DNA from: Mobula hypostoma
Lineage: Eukaryota
DNA: 64,000 nt
Assembly (NCBI RefSeq): GCF_963921235.1
Contig: NC_086108.1
Coordinates: 104,348,001-104,412,000, forward strand
Direction of reading: 5' to 3'
Shown: in pieces, positions 39,358 to 51,291 of the stretch
How the letters are laid out: every line of letters starts with the position of its first letter
Position numbering within the stretch: position 1 is the first letter of the stretch
The notes under the pieces: generated by a model
What the model was told of the DNA's origin: nothing
Database searches by the model: none
Seen by the model: the letters and a program-made list of their open reading frames with translations, nothing else
Position numbers and translations under genes: made by a program

Positions 39358-40513
39358 TGCACTCAGTACCTGCTTGAATAGGTACACCTCGTTAATGCAA
39401 ATATCTAATCAGCCAATCAAGTGGCAGCAATGCAGACATGGTCAAGAACAGGGGTCCCCAACCCTTTTTGCACTGCGGAGCGATTTAATATTGACAATAT
39501 CGCAGAAGAATGTTGGAAATGAAAGCAACGTTTTCAGTGCTTTCGTGTCTGTCTCAGGATATTTAGCCTTGACTTTGATCCAGAATGCCGGCAGAGATGT
39601 TATATCAAACAAACTTTTCAGCCCGCTGTTATTTGCAAGCTTGAGCAGTTGATCCCCTTCTCGCGCTGACATGGATGACATGCGGGTAACGACCTCGCAT
39701 GTGTTCAAGCTCAACAGTGGGCGTGACGGGGAATGAGGGAAGGTGCAGCTGACTCATATCGCCAAATCATATCGTTTCCTCGCGGCCCGGTAGCGCATGC
39801 TTTGCGGCCCGGTACCGGTCCACGGCCCGGTGGTTGGGGACTGCTGGTCAAGAAGTTCAGTTGTTGTTCAGACCAAGCATCAGAATGAGGAGGGAAAGTG
39901 ATCTAAATGACTTTGGAATGACTGTTGGTGCCAGATGGGGTGGGTTGAGTATCTCAAAAACTGCTGATCTGCTGGGATTTTCATGCACAGCAGTCTCTAG
40001 AGTTTACGGAAAATGGGGCAAAAAACAAAAAAAAAACATCCATTAGGTTTTTTTACGCAGAGTGGTGAGTGCGTGGAATGGGCTGCCAGTGACGGTGGTG
40101 GAGGCGGGTACGATAGGGTCTTTTAGGAGACTCCTGGACAGGTACATGGAGCTTAGAAAAATAGAGGGCTATGGGTAACCCTGGGTAATTTCTCAGGTAA
40201 GGACACGTTCGGCACAGTTTTGTGGGCTGAAGGGCTTGTGTTGTGCTGTAGGTTTTCTATGTTTCTATGTAATGCCTTGTTAATGAGAGAGGTCAGAGGA
40301 GAATGGCCAGACTGGTTCAAACTGACAGAAGGTGACACTAACGCAAATAACGGTGTGTTACAACAGTGGTGTGCAGAAGAGCATCTCTGAATGTACAACA
40401 CATCGAATGTTGAAGTGGATGGGCTACAGTAGCAGCAGACTGCACCGGTTTCCACCCCTGTAGTCACCTTATTAGGTAGACTCCTGCAGCTACAAGAGTG
40501 GCCATTGAGTGTA
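39358..40513 (+). mobile_element. Internally deleted Tc1-like element hosting the hAT element and a CR1 tail
   Basis: Ends CACTCAGT.. and ..GTGGCCATTGAGTG|TA. Remnant N-terminal HTH (DLNDF..VGARWGGLSISKTADLLGFS..VSRVY). Confidence 0.75.
39449..39846 (-). mobile_element. hAT (Charlie/Buster-like) non-autonomous element
   Basis: TIRs CAGGGGTCCCCAAC / GTTGGGGACTGCTG. Perfect 8-bp TSD GTCAAGAA. Internal remnant of the hAT dimerization domain (SLPAFWIKVKAKYPE..KALKTLL.FPT). Confidence 0.9.
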
Positions 40514-40519
40514 TAAGCA

Positions 40520-41241
40520 AGCAGAACTGAGGAGAACTAAGGTACCGGTGACCCCTGTTTCCATCCAGGGGGTCAGTGTGGACATGGTGGAGGATTACAA
40601 ATACCTGGGGATACGAATTGACAATAAATTGGACTGGTCAAAGAACACTGAGGCTGTCTACAAGAAGGGTCAGAGCCGTCTCTATTTCCTGAGGAGACTG
40701 AAGTCCTTTAACATCTGCCGGACGATGCTGAGGATGTTCTACGAGTCTGTGGTGGCCAGTGCGATCATGTTTGCTGTTGTGTGCTGGGGCAGCATGCTGA
40801 GGGTAGCAGACACCAACAGAATCAACAAACTCATTCGTAAGGCCAATGATGTTGTGGGGATGGAACTGGACTCTCTGACAGTGGTGTCTGAAAAGAGGAT
40901 GCTGTCTAAGTTGCATGCCATCTTGGTCAATGTCTCCCATCCACTACATAATGTACTGGGTGGGCACAGGAGTACATTCAGCCAGAGACTCATTCCACCG
41001 AGATGCAACGCAGAGCGTCATAGGAAGTCATTCCTGCCTGTGGCCATCAAACTTTACAACTCCTCCATTGGAGGGTCAGACACTCTGAGCCAATAGGCTG
41101 GTCCTGGACTTATTTCCTGGCATAATTTCCATATTACTATTTAACTATTTATGGTTTATTACTATTTATTATTTATGGAGCAACTGTAACGAAAACCAAT
41201 TTCCCCCGGGATTAATAAAGTTTGACTATGACTATGACTAT
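40520..41241 (+). mobile_element. Rex1/Babar-type LINE 3' end
   Basis: ORF 40509-41096 (YKYLGIRIDNKLDWSKN..RLYFLRRL). AATAAA then (GACTAT)n tail. Confidence 0.88.
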
Positions 41242-41714
41242 AAATTACAAAAAAAGACAATTTTAAACATCGTCCACCAGCACAAGAATGAACTTAGACG
41301 GAAGACAACCAATCCCCTTACTCCTCCCCTCTACTGATCCCTTCATTTTGGATACTCAGCAGAATATTGATAATCAGAATCAGATTTAATATCACTGGCA
41401 TATGGCATGAAATTTGTTGTCTTTGCAGCAGCAGCACAATGCAATACACAATAATAGAGGAAAACTGTGAATTGCAGTAAGTGTATATATATTAAAGAAT
41501 TAAATAAATGTGTAGTGTAAAAATAGAAATAAAGATGTAGTGAGATAGCGTTCATGGGTTCATTGTCCATTCAGAAATCTGATGGCAGAGGGGAAGAAGC
41601 TGTTCCTGAATCATTGAGTGTGTGCCTCTTTCCTGATGGTAGCGATGAGAACAAGGCATGACCTGGTTGATGGGGACCCTTAATAATGGATGCTGCCATT
41701 TTGAGGCATTGCTT

Positions 41715-43375
41715 CTTGAAGCAAGGGAGGGGATTGCTGAGCCTCTGGCGATGATCTTTGCATCATCAATGGGGACGGGAGGGGTTCTGGAGAATTGGAG
41801 GGTTGCGGATGTTGTTCCCTTATTCAGGAAGGGGAGTAGAGATAGCCCGGGAAATTATAGACCAGTGAGTCTTGTTTCAGTGAATGGTAGGTTGATGGAG
41901 AAGATCCTGAGAGGCAGGATTTTTGAACATTTGGAGAGACATAACATGATTAGGAATAGACAGCATGGCTTTATCAAAGGCAGGTCGTGCCTTATGAGCC
42001 TGATTGAATTTTTTGAGGATGTCACTAAACACATTGAGGAAGGTAGAGCCGTAGATGTAGTGTTAATGGATTTTAGCATGGTACCCCATGCAAGGCTTAC
42101 TGAGAAAGTAAGGAGGCATGGGATCCAAGGGGACATTGCTTTGTGGATCCAGAATTGGCTTGCTCACAGAAGGCAAAGAGTGGTTGTAGACGGGTCATAT
42201 TCTGCATGGAGGTCAGTGACCAATGGTGTGCCTCAGGGATCTATTCTGGGACCCTTACTCTTTGTGATTTTTATAAATGACCTGGATGAGGAAGTGGAGG
42301 GATGGGTTAGTAAATTTGCTGATGACACAAAGGTTGGGGGTGTTCTGGATAGTATGGAGGGCTGTCAGAGGTTACAACGGGACATTGATAGGATGCAAAA
42401 CTGGGCTGAGAAGTGGCAGATGGAGTTCAACCCAGATAAATGTGAGGTGCAAACAACAGGAATTCTGCAGATGCTGGAAATTCAAGCAACAAATCCTGAC
42501 GAAGGGTCTCGGCCTGAAACGTCGACTGTACCTCTTCCTAGAGATGCTGCCTGACCTGCTGCGTTCACCAGCAACTTTGATATGCGTTGCTTAAATGTGA
42601 GGTGGTTCATTTTGGTAGGTCAAATATGATATAGCATTAATGGTAAGGCTCTTGGCAGCGTGGAGGATCAGAGGGATCTTGGGGTCCGAGTCCATAGGAC
42701 ACTCAAAGCTGCTACGCATGTTGACTCTGTGGTTAAGAAGGCATACAGTGCATTGGCCTTCATCAATCGTGGGATTGAGTTTAAGAGCCAAGAAGTAATG
42801 TTGCAGCCATATAGGACCCTGGTCAGACCCCACTTGGGGTACTGTGCTCAGTTCTGGTCGCCTCACTACAGGAAGGACGTGGAAACCATAGAAGGGGTGC
42901 AGAGGAGATATACAAGGATGTTGCCCGGATTGGGGAGCATGCCTTATGAGAATAGGCTGAGTGAACTCGGCCTTTTTTCCTTGGAGTGATGGAGGATGAG
43001 AGGTGACCTGATTGAGGTGTACAAGATAATGAGAGGCATTGATCGTGTGGATAATCAGAGGCTTTTTCCCAGGGCTGAAATGGCTAACATGAGAGGGCAT
43101 CGTTTTAAGGTGCTTGGAAGCAGGTACAGAGGAGATGTCAGGGGTAAGTTTTTTTACGCAGAGAGTGGTGAGTGCGTGGAATGGGCTGCCGGCGGCGGTG
43201 GTGGAGGCGGAAACGATGGGGTCTTTTAAGAGACTCCTGGATAGCTACATGGAGCTTAGAAAAATAGAGGGCTATGGGTAAGGCCTAGGTATTTCTTAGG
43301 TAGGAACATGTTCGGCTCAGCTTTGTGGGCCGAAGGACCTGTATTGTGCTGTAGGTTTTCAATGTTTCTGTGTTC
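41715..43375 (+). mobile_element. CR1 LINE RT and 3' end inserted in a Rex fragment
   Basis: ORFs 41658-42554, 42660-42989 and 42996-43229. Confidence 0.9.
42450..42591. mobile_element. Short Penelope-like insertion (inverted tail plus hammerhead-bearing end) inside a CR1
   Basis: 13-bp TSD TAAATGTGAGGTG (42437-42449 and 42592-42604) splits the CR1 motif FNPDKCEV|VHFG. Confidence 0.92.
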
Positions 43376-43730
43376 TCTAAGATGTCCTGGATACTACGGA
43401 TGCTAGTGCCCATGTTGGAGCTGACTGAGTTTACAAATTTCTGGAGCTAATTTTGATCCAGTGCACTAGCCCCCCACCGGCTCCCCCTCCTATACCAGAC
43501 GTTGATGCAGCACACAAAATGCTCTCCACGGTACATCTGTAGAAATTTGTGAGCATCTTTGGTGACATACCAAATCTCCTCAAACTCCTGATGAAGTAAT
43601 ATTGCTGCTTTTGTAATTGCATCAATATGTTGGGTCCAGGATAGATCCTTAGAGATAGTGAGAGCCAGGGACTTGAAGTTGCTCAGCGGTAAATGACTTT
43701 ATTTCCATGTCTTTCTTTTCCTTTTTCATC

Positions 43731-44020
43731 GGGCGGCATGGTGGAATAGCAGTTGGCGTTACACTTCGCAGCCCCAGTGGCATGAGTTCAAGTTCCTGCT
43801 GCAGTCTGTAAGGAGTTTTGTGTGTTCTCGCCGTGGCTGCATGGGTTTCCTCCAAGTTCTCCAGTTTCCTTCCACAGCGCGAAGATGTAACGGTTAGTGG
43901 GTTAACTGGTCATTGTAAATTGTCCTGTGATTAGACTAGTGTTAAATAGCTGGGTTGCTGGTCAGTGTGGCTTGTTGGGATGGGAGTGCCAGTTCGGCAG
44001 TGTATCTCTAAATAAATAAA
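43731..44020 (+). mobile_element. V-SINE / HE1-like SINE
   Basis: tRNA-like head, V-domain-like TGTTCTC.CCGTG..TGCATGGGTTTCCTCC..CCAGTTTCCT.CCACA, (TAAA)n tail. Related copies near 35370-35630, 38255-38535, 47925-48210(-), 48820-49135(-) and 57550-57830(-). Confidence 0.75.
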
Positions 44021-44034
44021 TGCATAAAATAAAT

Positions 44035-44233
44035 GTCAAGGACGTACAGGTTAGGGTTAATACACTGTGGGCATGTTATGTTGGCACTGGAGACATGGAG
44101 ATGCTTGCAGGGTGCCCCCAGCATAATCTCAGACTGTGCTTGTCAGCGATGCAAACAGCACTTTTTCTTTTGCAGGTTTCGAAGTTTTGGTGCACATGTG
44201 ACAATAAGGCTAAGCTTTTTCTTTATCTTTATC
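44035..44233 (+). mobile_element. SINE 3' half abutting the PTGFR terminal exon
   Basis: Homologous to ~27700-27840 (TGTGGGC..GTTGGCAC..GATGCAAA..ACATG.GACAA.TA..G.TAA.CTTT); tail CTTTATCTTTATC. Confidence 0.6.
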
Positions 44234-44239
44234 ATTCAG

Positions 44240-44536
44240 GTAACCATGGCGATGATAGGAAGCTTGTACGCGGGCCCCAAGTCGGAAACGTGGCTGCTGA
44301 TGGGCGTTCGGATGGCTGCTTGGAATCAGATCCTGGACCCCTGGGTGTACATCCTGCTCCGGAGAGCAGTGCTGAGACGGGTTTGCAAGGTGGTTCAGCT
44401 GTGTTTGGGAAAGAATGCCGACCAGCTGCACAGGTGGCGCTGCAGCACCATCCAAAGCTCAGTCATGATAGCCGCAATGGACCTGTCACTGACCGTTGCG
44501 AGAAGACAGTCACGAATAAACCAAGCAGGGCAATGA
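44240..44536 (+). CDS. PTGFR: PTGFR terminal coding exon (aa 262-359, TM7 and C-tail)
   Basis: Acceptor ..CTTTATCATTCAG| then GTA ACC ATG GCG (VTMA, as in human FP VTMAN). Contains [22 protein letters not shown] with the TM7 Arg and DPxxY motif. Phase 0 matches the upstream exon; spliced product is 359 aa; stop TGA 44534-44536. Confidence 0.95.
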   Translation, partial: VTMAMIGSLYAGPKSETWLLMGVRMAAWNQILDPWVYILLRRAVLRRVCKVVQLCLGKNADQLHRWRCSTIQSSVMIAAMDLSLTVARRQSRINQAGQ

Positions 44537-46592
44537 CGCTGACTGACTTATATCAAGGCTTTGTAAGCCTTAGCTAGTAGGCCCTATGGGACACGTGAAA
44601 TAGTCCAATCTCACTCTTAAAGTCCTGCTTTGCACTAAAATCCCTTTGAAGGTTTTTGTCCATGGATCTCCAGCTTTGGTCATGGTTTGAATTGGATGGA
44701 GGAATCAGAAACTGGAGTGATATCAGCCATTAGCAATGAATGATGATTCATGTCTTCTAAATGGTCCACATCATGAATGGGACATGTGCCGAGATGGAAC
44801 CTAGGAAGGGATGCAGCCATTTATTATTTGGTAGTGAAGGAGCATGATTAGGAGCTACAAACTGTATATTGACACATATAAGGGCTTTCTTTGGTTATGT
44901 TTTGAATTAACACTTGAGCACCTCTGCCCTGGTGGCAGGACTGTAGAAGCCTTGAAGTATCATTGTTAATTTGTCAAGGAAGAAAAATGATTGCACATGC
45001 AGAAAAACTTCTCAGACAATGGAAAACTCCTGATGTGAGGCTCTGCTCCATGGATGAACTCGGGTCTCCTGGAGAGCGATCACAAGTGTGACTGACCAGT
45101 GGACCAGGCTGTCTTAATGATTCTGGTTCGAGGAGGAGCATTGGCCGAGACACCGAGAGAACAGCCTCCTCTTCTTCATATACCACAAGGAGATCTCTTC
45201 CATTTGTTTTCAGTGATTAGATAAGATGTTATGGAGCTATGGAGACAGCCCAATATCTCCACCTCTGATTCCTATTCCTTGCCAGTTCCCCTTAACTTTC
45301 AAATCTTCAGTCTTTCAAATATTTATAATTCTCCACCTTAGACGCTTAAATTGACAACTTGTATAATGCAGATCAACTCCTGATATCTCAGCCTACTTTG
45401 ACATAGCCCTTAATATCCATTTGGCGATCATCTTTCTTAGAATCAGATTTGATTTCACGGACATATGTTTTGAAATTTGTTGTTTTTTCAGAAGCCGTAC
45501 AGTGAAATACATAATAATAAAAATTTAAATTACAATATGAAATAGATTGTAATTTAAAAAAAAATAAATAATTAGAGCAAAAAGACAGCAAAAAAAAGAG
45601 AAAAAATATTGAGGTACCATGCATGTGTTCATTATCTATTCATAAATCTGATGGTGGAGGAGAGGAAGCTGTTCCTAAAACATTGAGTGTGAGTCTTCAG
45701 GCTCCTTGATGGGAGCATTGGGAAGAGGGCATGTCCTGGGTGATGAAGGCCCTTAATGGTGGATGCTGCCTTTTTGAGGAATTGCCTTTTGGAGTTGTCC
45801 ATGATGCTGGGGAGGCTCGCGCCCCTGATGGAGCTGGCCAAGTTTGCAACTCTCTGCAGCTTTTTTTGGATCCTGTGCAGTGGCCCCTCCCCTCCATACC
45901 AGATGGCTGTCCAGATTTCACAGCTGTAATACTATATTCTGCGTTCTGTTCATGCTTTTTCACTTTGTACTACCTCGATGTACTTATGTTTGGAATGATC
46001 TGTCTGGAAGGCATGCAAAACAAATTTTTTCACTGCTCCATGCTACCTGTGACAATAATAAACCGATTTATTGATTGATTGGTTGGTTGTATCGGATGAT
46101 GACAGTGAAACCTGTATGGGAGAGTTTTTACAGTGGAAAAGCTGCAGTAATGGGGCAGTTCCACTCTCTCGACTTCAGAAGTCTGGGCCCAGTGGTATGA
46201 GTAATCGTCACAACTGGGTTCTCCTTGATTGAAGTGGATAATCATGACATCTTCTGTGCCTCATCATGCCCTTTGCTGTTGTGTAGCTGTCTTCCTGGCT
46301 GTTAGACCTCACTGTTGTTATCATTCACCCAGTCTGTCTGAAGCTGCCTTCACATGAGAGGACAGGCATTTCACCATCCCATTGGCATACGAGACTTGCT
46401 GGCTATCCTTCCCTTGCTCAGCCCACCTGTCGAAGCAGTGTGCTGGGGATGTGGCTGCCGGTACATGCAAATAGGTATCTGAAGCCACGGGTGAGAGCTG
46501 AGTATCTGATTGGTGCCAAAGAATGGACACAAGAAGCCCCTTCACCTCCCTAGACACCTCATACATACCACACAAAAGAAAACAATTACCAA

Positions 46593-47140
46593 TTCGTTAA
46601 CTACACTCAATGGCATTTTTATTAGGAACGGTCTGGTCTTCTGCTGTTGTAGCCCATCCACTTCAAGGTTTGACGTGTTGTGCATTCAGAAATGTTCTTC
46701 TTCTCATCACGGTTGTTACAAATGGGTATTTGAGTTACTGTCACCTTCATGTCAGCTTGAACCATTCTGACCATTCTCCTCTGACCTCGCACATTATCAA
46801 GGCATTTTTGGCTGCAGAACTACTACTCACCGGACGCTTTTTGTTTCTCACACTATTTTCTGTAAACTCTGGAGACTGTTGTGTATCAAAAATTGCAGGT
46901 GAGCAGCAGTTTCAGAGATACTCGAACCTCCCCATCTGGCACCAACAATCATTCCAGAGATAAAGTCACTTAGATCACATTTCTTCCTTATTCTGAAGTT
47001 TGGTCTGAACAACAACCAAAACTCTTGACCAAGTCTGCATGCTCTAATGCACTGACTTGCTGCAACATGATTGGCTGATTAGATATTTGCATTAATGAGC
47101 AAGTGCTCAGGTGTACCTAATAATGTTCCCATGGAGTGTA
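46593..47140 (-). mobile_element. Same short Tc1-like family
   Basis: TA|CACTCAATGGC..TTATTAGG ... CCTAATAA..GAGTG|TA; reverse-complement homology to 39358-40513. Confidence 0.75.
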
Positions 47141-49251
47141 GATTATAACAAGTCCTTCATTTTTTAAAAAAAGTTTCCCTTACATCACTCTTCTACTTCC
47201 CAACCGTTGAACTGATTTGCTTGGAACTCTGCCATAAGAAAGCAGCATCCATCATCGTGGACTCCCACCATCCAGGCCATGCTCTTTTCTTGCTTCTGCC
47301 ATCAGGAAGGAAGTACAGAAGCCTCAGGTTCCACACCACCAGGTTCAGGAACAGTTATTACCCTACGACTATCAGGCTCCTGAACTGGCGTAGATAAGTT
47401 CACTCACCTCAACCCTGAACTGAAACCACAATCTACAGGCTCGCTTTCAAAGATTCTACAACTTATGTTCTCAGTATTACTTATTTAATTTCCACAATTT
47501 ATCTTTCTTTTCCCATTGCTTGTTTGTCAGACCTTGTTTATGTATAGTTTGTTTTTGTGAATTCTTTATTTTCCTGAATTGCCCGCATGAAAATAGTATG
47601 GATGTGGAGAAGACGTTTTCAGTAATGGGAGAGTCTCGGGCCAGAGGACACAGCCTCAGAATATAAGGATATCCCTTTAGAGTAGGGATGAGGAGGAATA
47701 TCATTAGCCAGAGGGTGGTGAACATGTGGAGTTCATTGACGCAAGTGGCCGTAGAGGTCAAATCATTGGGTAGGACAATGAGGGTGAAATGGATAATGGG
47801 GTTGAGTGGCAGGGCAGAGCCGAGTCAGTGGGGCAAATGGTCCTGAAAGTCTCCTTCCATCTTTCTTTAGTCTAAGGAGAATCAACCCATCTTCTTCAAT
47901 ATCTTATCCTAATGCCAAAGATAAATTTATTTTAGCGATAGTGTACAGCACAGAGCATTGCCTTCCGGCCCTGCGAGCCATACCGCCCCACCTACCCCAC
48001 AACCCCGATTAAACCTAGCCTAATCATAGGACGATTTACAATTAAGCTACCTGGTACATCTTTGGACTGTGGAAGGAGACCCGAGCAACTGGGGAAAACC
48101 CTCGCACACCACAGCGAAGACGTACAGACTCCCTGCAGAACAGTGTGGAATTGAACTCTGAACTCTGGAATGCCCCCAGCTGTAATGGTGTTGCGCTAAC
48201 CGCCACGCTACCTTCTGGTAGGGCCCATCTTCAGAATGTCTCTTCCTACCCTTCCTTACTCTTAAGGAGAGCCAGCCATCTTCTCCCTTATCTGATCCTA
48301 ATGCCTGAGATTTCTGGAAATGTCAAAGGTGAGGGAGGTGAAACAATAAATTCTAAAGGTGAAGAAACCGAGAGTCAATTTTCCAAAGAGTTGTGGGCAG
48401 AACCCAGGGTCTCTGTGGTTTACATATGGCATTCCAATAGTGGGTGAAACTTTTCTGCTGGCACACTGTTTTGTAAAATTGATCACATTACAATCTGGCT
48501 CAGGACGCAACAGTTTTCTCACTGTAAATTCTGACAGCACACTCAATTCTTTTTTATTGTTGTTTTGTATATTTATTTATTTTTCTGTAGCTGTAAAAGA
48601 TGAGACTAAGAATGCAACGGAATAGGTTAGGTTGGTGGACTAACTGAGATAGCTGCTCATTCTATCCCATGCCAAGTTTTGTTCTCTTCACTCCCCTTGC
48701 ATGTCTAGAGTGCCTTTTTGGAGTCTGAAGTTGCAGTGTAGGAAATGTGGCAGCCAATCTGGCGCACAACAAGCTCCCACAAAATAGTGGTAACAGATCA
48801 TCTGTTGCTGAAGGTACTTATTATTATTTTATTGACTTCGAGTAACAGGCCTTTACAGCCCAACGAGCTGAGTATGCCCGCAGGAATGCGGTGACATGTA
48901 TGTGCTTTGATAATAAAACTTACTTTGAACTTTGAACCCTTGCTGCCCAATTACACCCATGTGACCAATTAACCTATGAACCTCATATGTCTCTGGAATG
49001 TGGGAGGAAACCGGAGCACCTGGAGGAAACCCACGTTGTCACAGGGAGAATAAATAAACTTCTTGCAGCCAGCAGTGGGAACTGAATCTGAATCCGGGTC
49101 GCTGTCGCTGTTACGCTCACGGCTATGCTACCAAGCAGTGGCCCGTACGGCTATCAGAGGGACTACCCCCCCCCCACCCCCCAGTTTCTCCTCAAAGAAA
49201 CTATGGAGTATTTTACATCCAGCCAAAGTTAGTTGTAATCACACATTTTAT

Positions 49252-50382
49252 CATAGAACATAGAACATAGAATAGTACAGCACAGTACAGGCCCTTCAGC
49301 CCACAATGTTGTGCTGACCCTCAAACCCTGCCTCCCCTATAAGCCCCCATCTTAGATTCCTCCATATACCTGTCTAGTAGTCTCTTAAACTTCACTAGTG
49401 TATTTGCCTCCACCACTGACTCAGGCAGTGCATTCCACGCACCAACCACTCTCTAAGTAAAAAACCTTCCTCGAATATCCCCCTTGAACTTCCCACCCCT
49501 TACCTTAAAGCCATGTCCTCTTGTATTGAGCAGTGGTGCCCTGGGGAAGAGGTGCTGGCTATCCACTCTATCTATTCCTCTCATTATCTTGTACACCTCT
49601 ATCATGTCTCCTCTCATCCTCCTTCTCTCCAAAGAGTAAAGCCCTAGCTCCCTTAATCTCTGATCATAATGCATACTTTCTAAACCAGGCAGCATCCTGG
49701 TAAATCTCCTCTGTACCCTTTCCAATGCTTCCACATCCTTCCTATAGTGAGGTGACCAGAACTGGACACAGGACTCCAAGTGTGGCCTAACCAGAGTTTT
49801 ATAGAGCTGCATCATTACATCGCAACGCTTAAACTCTATCCCTCGACTTATGAAAGCTAACACCCCATAAGCTTTCTTAATTACCCTACACACCTGTGAG
49901 GCAACTTTCAGGGATCTGTGGACATGTACCCCGAGATCCCTCTGCTCCTCCACACTACCAAGTATCCTGCCATTTACTTTGTACTCTGCCTTGGAGTTTG
50001 TCCTTCCAAAGTGTATCACCTCACACTTCTCCAGGTTGAACTCCATCTGCCACTTCTCAGCCCACTTCTGCATCCTATCAATGTCTCTCTGCAACCTTCG
50101 ACAATCTTCTACACTATCTACAACACCACCAACCTTTGTGTCATCTGCAAACTTGCCAACCCACCCTTCTACCCCCACATCCAGGTCGTTAATAAAAATC
50201 ACAAAAAGTAGAGGTCCCAGAACAGATCCTTGTGGGACACCACTAGTCACAATCCTCCAATATGAATGTACTCCCTCCACCACGACCCTCTGCCTTCTGC
50301 AGGCAAGCCAATTCTGAATCCACCTGGCCAAACTTCCCTGGATCCCATGCCTTCTAACTTTCTGAATAAGCCTACCGTGTAG
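49252..50382 (-). mobile_element. CR1 LINE 3' part, same subfamily as 23597-25540
   Basis: ORF 49453-50388 is nearly identical to ORF 24536-25381. Confidence 0.92.
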
Positions 50383-50408
50383 AATCACAGGAATAAGATG
50401 TGGCCTCT

Positions 50409-50715
50409 ATGGAAGTTGGCGCGTGGCCAGGTGGTTAAGGCATTCGTCTAGTGATCTGAAGGTCGCTAGTTTGAACCTCAGCTGAGGCAGTGTGTTGTGT
50501 CCTTGAGCAAGGCACTTAACCACACATTGCTCTGCGACGACACCAGTGCCAAGCTGTATCGGCCCTAGTGCCCTTCCCTTGGACAACATCTGTGGCGTGG
50601 AGAGGGGAGACTTGCAGCATAGGCAACTGCCTGTCTTCCATACAACCTTGCCCAGGCCTGTGCCCCGGAAACCTTCCAAGGCACAAATCCATGGTCTCAC
50701 GAGACTAACGGATGC

Positions 50716-50737
<22 letters not shown>
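50409..50737 (+). mobile_element. tRNA-derived SINE
   Basis: A box TGGCCAGGTGG, B box-like GTTTGAACC, (TA)n tail, 16-bp TSD ATAAGATGTGGCCTCT (50393-50408 and 50738-50753). Confidence 0.85.
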
Positions 50738-50746
<9 letters not shown>

Positions 50747-50751
50747 GGCCT

Positions 50752-51260
50752 CTCAGTGGCCTCTTTATTAGGTACACCTACATGTTAATACAAATATCTA
50801 ATCAGCCAATCATGTGGCAGCAACTCAATGCATAAAAGCATGCAGACATGGTCAAGAGGTTCAGTTGTACAGTCTAAACCTCAAAATGGGGAAGAAATGT
50901 GATCTAAGTGACTTTGACTATGGAGTGATTGCTTCTGTCGGAAGGGTTGGTTTGACTATCTTGGAAACTGATCTCCTGGGATTTTTTTTTTACCCACAAC
51001 AGTCTCTCAAGTTTACAAAAAACAAATAGCATTCGTTAGTGAGCGGCAGCTCTGTGGGAGAAGCTGCCTTATATTGAGAGAGTATGGCCCGACTGGTTCA
51101 AGCTGACGGTAGCTCAAACAGGCATGTGTTACAACTGTGGTGTGCAGGAGAGCTTCTACGGACACACGACATGTTGAAACCTGAAACTGATGGAACACAG
51201 CAGCAGAAGACAACATTGGGTTCCGCTCCTGTTCCTAATGAAGTGGCCACTGAGTGGTAT
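50752..51260 (+). mobile_element. Same short Tc1-like family
   Basis: CTCAGTGGCCTCTTTATTAGGTACACC ... CCTAATGAAGTGGCCACTGAGTG; MGKKCDLSDFD remnant. Confidence 0.75.
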
Positions 51261-51291
51261 TCCTAAATAATATAGAAATGTCAGATAATCT

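Noticed and set aside
23597..50382. Near-identical inverted CR1 copies on either side of the terminal exon
   Set aside because: Expected by chance at this CR1 density; they are ~24 kb apart and one lies beyond the likely transcript end.
50409..50490. tRNA gene
   Set aside because: It is the tRNA-like head of a SINE with body, tail and TSD; no complete cloverleaf is evident.
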